DNA of 64,000 nt from Proteromonas lacertae (Eukaryota), in the NCBI GenBank assembly GCA_002245135.1, contig NGBS01001189.1, positions 1 to 64,000 of the forward strand. The letters are read 5' to 3'. The position numbers and the translations under genes are program-made. Of the stretch, positions 1-10,098 are shown piece by piece. The notes below the pieces were generated by a model. The model had not been told where the DNA came from. It was given only the letters and a program-made list of their open reading frames with translations, and searched no databases. Numbering within the stretch: the first letter of the stretch is position 1; each line of letters starts with the position of its first letter.

Positions 1-3000
1 AACATCAATATATTTTCTTTTCACATCGAAAATCGTAAATGCTAACTTATTCATACGGACTGTATAAATACACTGACGTGCTGTTCTGAATGAGAATTGC
101 TCTACATATACTTTTTTAGACTCAGTGAGAATATCATAATAATAATTGAAATCACATGTTTGTAATCGAAATCCTTTAGTCACACCTTTGGCTCTGGAAT
201 CACTTAACAACAATGAATTTGTTCCATCTATCCTTTGCTTTTCATATGCATACATTTTTGCTTTCAAACCACAAAATCTTGTAATTGTATACAAACCATT
301 CTTATTTTCTTCTAATTTCATCAAATTCAATTCTGAAGTTCTATGTGAGTTTGTATATCTAATACCTTTGGATTTTAAAAAATCACAATTAATATTACCA
401 GTATCCATTCTACCTTGAAATGATGGGTCCTTCATAATATCTTCATATATATCCTTTGTAAATACCTTGAATATGAAGCTATCTGTATCTGTCATTAAAA
501 GCTTGAGGCTTGATCCATATTTTCTATACAAAGTACCATACCAAAATTTACTCATTAAATGCTTGCTTTCAAATAATATACACATTCCTATATAACTTGG
601 TTTGTTAACCTGACATTTATATTTTTTAAATTTGCATATTCTTAAATCACAACCATCTATACTAACAAACCCACTGAAATAAGGATTGCTAGAACACTTT
701 AAGAAATCTTCTTCATTATTGACTAATTTTGATCGACATCGATTTTCTGTATTTTCACACATTTTTCCATAGGCTGAATTGAGTAACAATTTGAATGTAT
801 CTGCTTCTGCTTCTCTCTTGTGTTGTTTGGCTTCTCTACGTAACAAGTGACACTTCATCACAAAATCAAAACAGAAGTGATATTCTTTGAAGGATATGAT
901 ACGATGTATTTTTGTTATCTTATAACCTAAGGATACACAGAAATTCAAATATTGATAGTGTACAACATATTTTGGTTTTCTTGATAAATCCAATATAATT
1001 CTAGGTGTTGGTTGCTTTTAAGCTGTTTTTTCTTATTCACCAATCCAAGCTCCATAGCCCAACTCTGTTGTAACTGTGATAAGTTTTCGTACTTTATACA
1101 CTTCTTTTCAGGTAATAATGGATATTCATCGAATTTATGAGTGTTTGAAGGAGGCTCGATATCCACCTCTAATATATAACCTCTGGAGTCTTTATTATCC
1201 CATTCATCATTTACATGCTTTTCTTTGTCACTAATCATTTCTTCATATGTTTTAATGTTATATATTTGACTGAAATACATATTCATCAATTCCTGCTCAT
1301 TTCCTTCTTCCCACTTGAAATCTGCATATGGTAGTTTCATTGTAGCCATTGTACTTGGATATAGTGAATTGTAATCTACATAGCAAATATATGATTCTAT
1401 CTGAGGAGGATGTTCTGCTATATAGGGTGGGTCCATATAGTGATTATGTGCTTCTTCTAAACGACTCGAACCAACCATAGATATACCACCTATTAAACCA
1501 CTGTGAATAAAATCGTATTTATCTTGGTCACTAATCAACTCTATCTCTACTGGACAATATTTCAAAAACACACTCCATGACAAACCAGGTGATGATAAGT
1601 GCCAACAAGGGTCTAAATCAAAGTTTTTAAAAACAACTTTTCTGAAGTGATCAAATACTGAGGATAAAGTGAGAACATCCATGGCTAAATAAAATTTATT
1701 ATAATCCATTAAATCTTTACACTGAATGACATCCCACAACTCACAGCATGATGCATACTCTATATTTGTTATATTATCACTCTGTTTTAATTTTGAAGCA
1801 AAATCTTCTTTTTTAGGTAAACGGCTAGTTTTATAATATTTGTCCAAACTATCACAATATTCATATGGGAAGTGTCCCTTCTCTAATCCCCACTTATCTA
1901 TGAAATCTTCCACTGACCATCCACTACTGGTCAATTTTTGATAGATGAATTGTTCTCTGTCAGTAACAAAGTCATATACTGGTTTGAATAAATATTTTTT
2001 ATTTGAGTGTTCATTTGCTTCTACTTTTAATGACTTTACTAAACTATCTAATGATGCGGGCATGAACTGGCAACTGTCTATGAATCTTAACTTCTTGAAT
2101 TTGATCATTAAAAATTTATTATCTGTTTTCATTAAAACGGATAGTTTTGTTCGATATCTCTTTTTCTAAGGTTTAGGTCTTGGTTCAGGTTGCTGAGGTA
2201 ATATAGGTGGTGATACTGATGAACTATCATCTAATGGTGACAATGTGGGTGATACATTTACAACATTATCTCTATGTATCATTTCATGTAACATGTTGAA
2301 TGCTTCTTCATCATTATTTTCAATAGTGGGATCAACATTTATGATTGTCACAGTGGGATCCATACTTCTTGGAGTATCACATTCTTCAATGTCACTATCT
2401 GTTTCAGTGTCAGCATTATAGTTGTTAATCAGTGCTTGTTGCTCTTCCATCTTTCTTTCTTCTTCTATGCTATCATTATAGTTAGATATCATATCAGGAA
2501 TTGGAATATCGGCTTGATTCTGGTTTGACTCTTGAATTTCAATTTCTGGCAGATCTGTATCCTGTATAGTGTTCATATTCTCCAAAATCCATTGTGCTTC
2601 ATATTCTTTGTCTTTCTTAGCTAATGCTCTGATAATAAAATTATTATCGTAATTTTTGCTATTATGTGCCAACACTGGAATATACATATTTCTTAAATCA
2701 CAGTGCCAGTTACACTTATTACATAGAGTTGCTATGTATTGACCAGTGAAGTGGTCATGGTGCTTAACAGGTCTCAAATCTTTATCTTTACTGATAAATT
2801 GCTTATGACAATATGCACATTCTTTATTCGCATCATCTGATTCAATATATCCCCACATCTTTTGTGGGTGTGCTATCTTGTCTTCATATATTTTCATTAT
2901 ATTATCTTGAATCTCTAAGAATTTGTTAACTAATCTTGTTTCTAACACTGATGGATCTTCACCTGGTTTAAGTTCATCAAAATATGTTTTCTCTGGAATT

Positions 3001-4850
3001 GTACCTGGATACTGAGAACTGATGTGTATGCACCAGCTGCTCATGACATGTTTCTTGTATGCACCTTTTGCATTTTTGATAACTGTATTTGATGGTAAAT
3101 CTTCTTGGTATGTCTCAGTGTCCCAGTATAGTACCACTGGCATCATTTGCATAAACTTATAATTTTTAAATGATATCATTGTTTCAGGATCAGGGAACTC
3201 TCTGATAATACCTCTGTTGTTGCATACTTGACAATTTATTTTTTGATGATATTGGAATGATTTATCACTGAATAATCTACAGAAGCAATATGGACATCTT
3301 TCTACATAATTACTACACTTTTGTTTCAATGGAAGTAAAAATGCATTTAAGTTGGTAATTGGGTAAAAATGATTTCCATAGAACAATACATTGGCATGAG
3401 GCCAATTTTTGAATTTATCTATCTGAGTGACATATAATGGTATAGCTTCATCAAAATCCACTGTAAATATGTTAAGAGTGATTTTATTATTTTTCTCAAA
3501 CTGACGTATACCATTTTGCTGATTTATTGGATCTAATGGAAATTCCAAGTAATCAGTGTTATATGATTGTACATAATGCTTATAATACTGTGTTCGATTT
3601 TTATTCTTAGGGAATTCCATATAATGAATTGATGCAGCAACTGCATACAGAAAACATACATTTTGTCTACCAACTGCTTTACTGAATTTTAATGTTATAA
3701 TGCATTTTTTATTTACTAACTCTTCTGGTAACTCTATATTATCAATTTCATTATCATTGGTAGCAGAACCAGCTGTGACAATAGAACGAGCCAAATTAAT
3801 TACTACTTCATTAATCCATCTAAATCTTAAATCTGATTTTTGAGTATTAAATATCTCACCCATATTGTCATATAAGTGGTTATATAATTTTTCTGGTAAA
3901 ACTTCACCTAAATCACCTTTAGTACAAATTACAATATCAGTGTCAAAACTCTTCCAGTTTGTCATCGTTTCTTCAGATTCTGCAGTTTCTATTACATCTG
4001 CTGAGATATAAGCTACTTTGAAAGTAAAATAAATTTTTGCATATCCAAAGTAATCTATGAAATTTCTTATTTTTACCATACACTCTGGAATTGACTGTTG
4101 TTCTTCTTCTTCTTGCTGTTGTTGCTTATTTCTATCTCTTGTATATCCAGTTAACTCTTCAAACACTCTTTCTGGTGATTTTGCAATTTCAAATTTTTCT
4201 TTACCAAATTTGACAGGTATTGACATACTGTACATTTTGGATGATCTTTCTACATTCTCCATCAATTCTCTTCTCTGTGGTATAGGTAATCTTCTTATTT
4301 GTTGAGGATGATTTTCTAACACATCTAATGCCTCCAATGTATCTTTCATTTCTTCTTTGGTCTCATTACTCACATTTGGTGCTTGAGGATGTGTCTCTGG
4401 TATATCTGACACAGGTGGTGCAATTTGATGTGGAGACTCTGGAATTTCATCATCCTCTAAATATCGTTGAAATTGTTCAGCACTCACTCTACGAACTTTG
4501 GGTGATGGAGGTGGCTCAGCTTGGATGGTTGGTCTTCTCAGTGGTGTTTGGTACTGTGGGTTCTGCACTATTTGTACAGGTGGTCTAGGCAGTATAGGTC
4601 TAAATGAACTTTGACTCAAAGTGTTGATTGGGTTTTGCAATGGAGGTGGTGGTTGCTGTACTGATTGTTGCTGGGTATACAATGGTGGTGGTGGTGCATA
4701 CATGGGCATAGGTGGTGGTGCCATCATAGGTTGAGGTGCATAGTAGTACATGGGCTGCACAGGAGGCATACCAGGGTTGTATGGACCTGTAGTACCTGCT
4801 CCATACATAGGATGAAACATATTATATGGATAAGGGTATCCTGGGTACAT
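1..4850 (-). CDS. polB: Protein-primed DNA polymerase B (pPolB), interrupted by an in-frame TAG (2166-2168) and a frameshift (~1016-1019); 3' end beyond the window
   Basis: Motifs in order: Pro/Tyr/Gln-rich N-terminus; CFLYAV...GNHFYPI (OTU-like); CPYC..H zinc finger; ExoI YWDTETY; endonuclease VII-like CAYC...HHDHFTGQY..TLCNKCN; ExoII AHNSKNYD; LRFIDS; KGHFPYEY; ExoIII YLAMDV; Pol motif A DYNSLYP. In the shifted frame below 1015, which the ORF track misses, I translated YVVHY, KLLLNSAYGK, MTDTDS, GLKAKMY, AKGV and KLAFTIFDVKR. Confidence 0.93.
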
Positions 4851-4899
4851 CTTTGACTTCAAGAATCTTGAATCTTGAATGTTTAATCTGAGTGGCTAG

Positions 4900-5010
4900 A
4901 TTGGTACTCAAAACCAATAGAAATCGATTGCAATATGATTGGACCACGTATCTGCATTAGCCAATGAAATATAATTAAAAATCTAAAAATGCAAAAATAT
5001 ATCCGTTTCA
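4900..5010. promoter_or_regulatory. Divergent promoter module 1 of the element (polB / ORF 5035)
   Basis: ATTGG 4900, CCAAT 4914, ATTGG-N2-CACGTAT-N9-CCAAT 4938-4965, AAAAATATATCCGTTTCA 4993-5010. Same architecture as 6246-6382. Confidence 0.6.
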
Positions 5011-5034
5011 AAATTTTTATAATTTTTTTAAATT

Positions 5035-5319
5035 ATGAACATAGACAATGCTAGAAAAAATTTTGAGATGTGGGAACAGTATATACATAACATTGTGAAT
5101 AGTTTACCGAGTGATGAAGAAATCTTAAAAGCAACGCCAGAATCGATATCCAGATATACTAAGAAGGCAGCAAAATTAATACCATTGCTTAAAAAAATTA
5201 ATGATGAGTGTGATGATGAATTTAGTGAGAGAATTCAAAAATTAGAAAATGATATGTTAGCTAAAAAAGAAGCATCTGCTTTATTACTTATTGAGTTAAT
5301 GGATCAGCTTAATTTTTAA
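5035..5319 (+). CDS. Element-encoded hypothetical helical protein (94 aa)
   Basis: Intronless ATG ORF 24 nt downstream of the element motif; no recognised domain. Confidence 0.65.
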   Translation: MNIDNARKNFEMWEQYIHNIVNSLPSDEEILKATPESISRYTKKAAKLIPLLKKINDECDDEFSERIQKLENDMLAKKEASALLLIELMDQLNF

Positions 5320-5382
5320 TTATTTTCTTAGGTTATTATGACTATATATACATATAAAACCCCCAAAAAATAATTTTGATCC

Positions 5383-5400
5383 TGAAACGGATATATTTTT
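5383..5400 (-). promoter_or_regulatory. Exact reverse-strand copy of the element motif AAAAATATATCCGTTTCA
   Basis: TGAAACGGATATATTTTT on the + strand, between two convergent ORF ends. Confidence 0.55.
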
Positions 5401-5413
5401 ACTTCTCTCATGT

Positions 5414-6235
5414 TTATGCACAAGGATCCACTATAATACCTTTAGCAATTAAATCTTCAATCAAATGGCTTTTGCTAGGCTGCCAACATATTTTGATATG
5501 CTGTTGAACCCAATTGTAAGGTAATGTTGTATCTAAGACAACTGGAGCTCTTGGAAGTATAATCTCATAAGAACTGTGCTCTTTACATCTCTGAAATAAT
5601 GGATTCTTTAAATGAAACTGAGGTCCAAGAATTGTGATTCTTGCATTGTTATCCATTAAAAAATTATTACTTTCAGGACATATCTTCAGGTAGCATTGTA
5701 TTCCTTCAATTTTATCATCTTCAGGATATGTTAATTGGTATAGAGGTTCTAAATTATCATTCTTACACTTGTAGACCATATAACCAATTTTGCTGTCAAA
5801 GACAACATCTTTTATATTTCCAACATGGTTTCCCATAGGATTGCATACAAATTCTTCCATACCTGGATCCATCTTCGGAATGTCAAAATGATCCTCCTTT
5901 TTGATTTTATATTTCTTACACATGAATTCTTCATACTCTACATCTTCTCTAAAATCATCCCAGCTGATGTGCTTCTGCACCCATGGCTCACCTAAAGATG
6001 TTCTCACATGTGGACGAAAGCATTGAGGAAACAATACCTTCCACTGTTTCTTATCATCATTGACTTGTAAATGAGGTTCATTGATAGTATAGTCTGGACC
6101 ACACAACATGATTTTGACATTTTCTTCTAAAAGCTTCTTATTTGTCTCAGGAGGTATGATGAGTATAGTACAGGCACTTGTTGTGATCTGTACCACTAAT
6201 AAATCCATTAATACGTAAGTTTTAGGAGTAATCAT
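5414..6235 (-). CDS. Element-encoded hypothetical protein (273 aa) with two copies of a ~70-aa domain
   Basis: Intronless ORF. Internal repeat C..PE.N..L...N..I...GP.....P..Q...P.....T.L...WVQ.HI. A motif variant lies just upstream (6246-6262). Confidence 0.75.
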   Translation of the reverse strand: MITPKTYVLMDLLVVQITTSACTILIIPPETNKKLLEENVKIMLCGPDYTINEPHLQVNDDKKQWKVLFPQCFRPHVRTSLGEPWVQKHISWDDFREDVEYEEFMCKKYKIKKEDHFDIPKMDPGMEEFVCNPMGNHVGNIKDVVFDSKIGYMVYKCKNDNLEPLYQLTYPEDDKIEGIQCYLKICPESNNFLMDNNARITILGPQFHLKNPLFQRCKEHSSYEIILPRAPVVLDTTLPYNWVQQHIKICWQPSKSHLIEDLIAKGIIVDPCA

Positions 6236-6245
6236 AATATCTATA

Positions 6246-6382
6246 TGAAACGAATATTTTTTTATTTTTTATCTCAATTAATTGGTTAGTTGATAAAGAT
6301 ATATGTTTTGACCAATCATATTGGAACACGTATAGGAGTCATCCAATTAGGTTTCAAGAAAATAAAAAATATATCCGTTTCA
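6246..6382. promoter_or_regulatory. Divergent promoter module 2 of the element (ORF 6235 / ORF 6411)
   Basis: Reverse motif variant 6246-6262, ATTGG 6281, CCAAT 6312, ATTGG-N2-CACGTAT-N9-CCAAT 6320-6347, AAAAATATATCCGTTTCA 6365-6382. Confidence 0.6.
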
Positions 6383-6410
6383 ATCCCTATCATTAATTTT
6401 CAATATTAAG

Positions 6411-6656
6411 ATGTCTAAACATCAAAGATCCTATGATGAGTTATATCATAGAGATTTTCAGATGATAGTGGATGGTTTTCCTAACTTAATTAAAAAAGTT
6501 AGAGATATCAGATGTATCCTTCAACCATTTGCAGCTAAAGGTAGTAGAAGAATATATAAAAAGATGACAACTGCCCAAGAGGAGTTATTCAGAATTTATT
6601 TAGATGAAACCATCATAAAATTAGATGACATTTTACAACAGCTCAAAGTACTCTAA
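6411..6656 (+). CDS. Element-encoded hypothetical protein (81 aa)
   Basis: Intronless ATG ORF 28 nt after the element motif. Confidence 0.6.
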   Translation: MSKHQRSYDELYHRDFQMIVDGFPNLIKKVRDIRCILQPFAAKGSRRIYKKMTTAQEELFRIYLDETIIKLDDILQQLKVL

Positions 6657-6670
6657 GTTTCAACTCAGAA

Positions 6671-6961
6671 ATGTCGTTGTTTAAGAAGAGGTTACTATTT
6701 GAAAGAAATTTAGATTATATAAGAGACAATGGCTGTCAATGGCATGACATTCTCAAATGTTATGGTGAGACAACGATAGATGTAGTAAGTAAGTTACATT
6801 CGTTAATGGTTGATGACATATTTAAGTATCAAGAGGTAGTTGGGCAAGCCATCAATATTTATTATAATTTCCCTTCTACAGTCAATCCGCCAAAAATTGA
6901 AATGTATACCAAATTACAAATAGATGGTGTGAAATCATTAAAGAAGCTGAAGAAGAATTAA
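6671..6961 (+). CDS. Element-encoded hypothetical protein (96 aa)
   Basis: Intronless ATG ORF starting 14 nt after the previous stop. Confidence 0.55.
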   Translation: MSLFKKRLLFERNLDYIRDNGCQWHDILKCYGETTIDVVSKLHSLMVDDIFKYQEVVGQAINIYYNFPSTVNPPKIEMYTKLQIDGVKSLKKLKKN

Positions 6962-7101
6962 TTAATTAAATGATCATTAGAGTTAATATTTCGAGTTAAC
7001 TACTTCATTCGAATCTATATGTGTTGGGGATGAAACTGTATCATAATTAAAACTAAATTCTAACTACAAAGACAAGAATAATCAAAAAATTAAAGAAAGA
7101 A

Positions 7102-7231
7102 TGTAACGGATATTTTTTAGAAACAAAATGTAACGGTAAAAATACACTATAGGGAAATAGCACACATTGAAACGGCTATTTTTTTGAATCAAAAACACAT
7201 ATAGGGAAATGGCACACTGTGCTATTTCCCT
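7102..7231. repeat. Subterminal direct repeats and hairpin
   Basis: TATAGGGAAAT(A/G)GCACAC at 7148-7165 and 7200-7217. AGGGAAATGGCACA-C-TGTGCTATTTCCCT palindrome at 7203-7231. AACGG motif variants at 7102, 7129 and 7168. Confidence 0.8.
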
Positions 7232-7352
7232 TTATTATTCATTATTATTATCCTACACTACAAACTATTAAAAACATAAAAATAAATTTTAACCCATAAA
7301 TTTATTCACACACTAAAATATATACACAATTTTAAATTCACCGCTTGCTCCA

Positions 7353-7488
7353 GTATAACCCGTACCAAAAACTAATTCACACTCAAATCGCTTATTCTTA
7401 CCTGTAGAAGGCACCTAAGAATAGTCTGGTACGGTTTACCCACATACAGTGATATTCTTACGGTTATACATATATCATTATAAGGTAA
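7353..7488. repeat. Cluster of nested short inverted repeats at the putative element end
   Basis: GTATAACCCGTA 7353-7364 / TACGGTTATAC 7459-7469; CCGTACCA 7360-7367 / TGGTACGG 7427-7434; TATTCTTA 7393-7400 / TAAGAATA 7416-7423. Confidence 0.6.
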
Positions 7489-7614
7489 TTAATTGTTTAT
7501 TATGGATATATGAGATTATATTGATGATTTATTTATTATACACAAATACAGTGTGTATTTGTATTAGATTTTCAATTTTTCTAATCTCCGTTATACAATC
7601 ACATTAGTATTTTT

Positions 7615-9995
7615 ATGGGGAATTGTTGTTCTGGAAAATCAATAGGTATGATATATACTATTATAAACCTCTTATTTAAATTGGTTGTGTAAATGAAAAT
7701 GAGGTAGTGTAGAATATACTTAAATCACATGATATCTGCATAAAATGAATAATTTATTACAAGAGAATATATTCATCTATCCTATATATTATGATTTGTT
7801 TGTATTTATACATTATAGATATTATCGAAATAAAAGAAACTCCCCAAATAAATGAAAATGTAGAATTAGTAAATATATTAGAAAAGAAAGATGAAACACC
7901 TGAGAGTATCATTTAATTACCATATAATGATATAGATGTACCAAACACATGCCAAATAGAATCAATAACAACCCCTAAAACAGTTGAAGTAAATGCACAA
8001 TCAGCAGATACCAAGAAAGAATCAATCCAAACAATGTCCTCCAACAACATGCGTATATTAAGGAACCATAGTCCCAGTGATAAATATCATGAATATATAC
8101 CAAACGGTGTAATTGACTTACTACCGGACACAGAAATAAAGATGAGGAATATGAATGAATATCCATCCATTGAAAATGATAGTGAAATAAATAGAATAGA
8201 TAGTGTAATTGAATCATACGATTATGAAAATGACTATTTATTGATAAATAGTTATAATAATTTAATCTACAATCCATTTACAATAGAAATTATGGAGGAA
8301 GAAAGAATGTTTTTACAACCAAATTACATATTCGAATGTAAAATATATGAAAGTGTGAATATGATAGAAGATAATGAATTATTTTATAATTATGGATTTA
8401 GTGATGATTCTGATAGTGAAAATGACAATATTAACAATGGAGAAGATGAAGATGATGATGAAGAAGGAAGTGAAGATAGTATAAATGATAGAATTAGTTC
8501 AATCTGTTTCAGTGATTTATCTGCAAGATCAACTACATCATCACTCAATTCACATAGACAAACAGTGTTAAGAAGAAAGAAACCAATTAATAAATCATCA
8601 TCTAGTAATAATATGTTGATAATTGATAAGAATAAATTACCTCCAAAGCCACAAACACCGACTATTTTACAATTACAACTTAATAATAATAATAATAATA
8701 ATAATAGTCGTAAGAATAGCAGTAGAGTATCCAATCATAGTAGAAATAACTCTATATATAATAATATTAATTCACCTGGATCAAATAGAAATTTGTTAAA
8801 GAAATCATTGAATGAATTAAGTACAACAAGTGTATTTTCATTAGCATCAATTGATAATATTACTCATGAAGTTGAGGATGGTTTTATTAACAAAAGTATT
8901 TTAAATGCAAAGTGTTTGGGTATTCATATCTCAATACAGTTATATGATAATAATAAAATGAGTAATAAATTAGATGTGACTCAATATAATGAAAGTAATA
9001 AAAAGATTGTAGAAATAAGTAGAGATTTGTTGTTGAATAAAAAGAAATCTATAAATGACCAACTACAGACAATATCTAAGACAAATTATGTAAAGAATAA
9101 TACAAATGTAAATTCAACTAATACAATCATAAACCATTCTATTCCTTTAATTATATCAATAGAAAATGTGATTGATAAATCCATTATACCATCAATATAT
9201 AACCCCCAGTTTGTTAATTTTGGAATAACTGGTTATTTAGGTTGGTATTATACTCGACATAGTCTATCTCTATTGCAGAATAGTAATACAAACATCACAA
9301 GTTTAGTAATTAAATTCCTACCTCAACAAACATTAATAACAGGTTTAAAAATAGAAAATAAAATGATCAATACAATTGGTCCATCTCATTCTTTGAAATA
9401 TAATTCATATCGTATAATTGACTGTATTAGAGATTATTATAATAAGAATATATTACAAAATAATAATAATAATAATATGAACAGTAATAGTTTTAGTAAT
9501 CTAAATATCTTATCTTCACCACTATCTCCTTTATCTCCACTTAATAATCTAACAAACACATCACCAGGTGATGGTGGTAGTAATATAATACCTCCTGCTA
9601 ATATAATGAATTGGAGTAGAAGTAAATGTATAGAAGAATGGAAGATATGTAGTGATGTGAATAATTTCTATTTTAATTGTCCAAAAGGAAGTGATTCAAA
9701 GAATGGTAATTATGTAATGTCAAAAATTACTTTACATCATTCAATTTTATATGAAATTCATAAATCATTGATGAATGAGATTCATGAATATTGTAAAGAG
9801 AATAATATAGTTAAACCCAAGTATATAATAATGTTAGATCATCAAGAATATCATATTCCAAGTGAATTTATATTTTTGGATTTTGCTGATAGTGAAGTTC
9901 ATGTAAGTTCAAATAGTAGATGGTGTGGTGTTGGAAGTGGTATTATTAGCTGTAATCAATTTTTACAATCATATAAAATACAGAGTTATATGTAA
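7615..9995 (+). CDS. Host hypothetical protein, Asn-rich, with N-terminal MGNCCS acylation motif (spliced)
   Basis: ATG GGG AAT TGT TGT TCT at 7615 followed by a GT donor. A 30-nt GT-AG intron (~7906-7935) leads into the long exon containing ORF 8034-9995. Confidence 0.65.
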
Positions 9996-10098
9996 ATTTT
10001 TTCAATCTTTAATATAAATGATATTTAAAATTTGTGTATCTATGTGTATTATTGTTTTTGTATGTTTTTTTGGTTATTTAAAGAAAATGTATAATGAA

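Larger units (their letters stand above)
1..7490. mobile_element. Endogenous Polinton/Maverick- or adintovirus-like DNA element (right-hand part; continues beyond the left edge; right boundary approximate)
   Basis: Intronless pPolB gene plus small intronless ORFans, in contrast to intron-riddled host genes. Element-specific repeated motif AAAAATATATCCGTTTCA. Repeat/hairpin-rich non-coding end at 6962-7490. Capsid, ATPase and integrase genes are not in the window. Confidence 0.85.

Noticed and set aside
1020..1040. AAAAAAC as a programmed -1 slippery site in polB
   Set aside because: It is in the wrong phase, and the -1 frame has a TAA right after it.
2166..2168. Genome-wide TAG reassignment
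   Set aside because: Host genes end normally in TAG (e.g. 50107, 24076), and long ORFs contain no other internal TAG.
146..4856. Plus-strand ORFs overlapping polB (146-418, 1945-2169, 4057-4305, 4328-4588, 4665-4856)
   Set aside because: They are antisense shadows of the polymerase with no recognisable features. The same applies to most short antisense ORFs over host genes.
7102..7231. CRISPR-like array
   Set aside because: Only two direct copies, eukaryotic context, and no cas genes.
8680..8710. (AAT)n, (CAA)n and (TA)n microsatellites throughout the host part
   Set aside because: These are ordinary poly-Asn/Gln tracts and intronic TA runs of an AT-rich genome.
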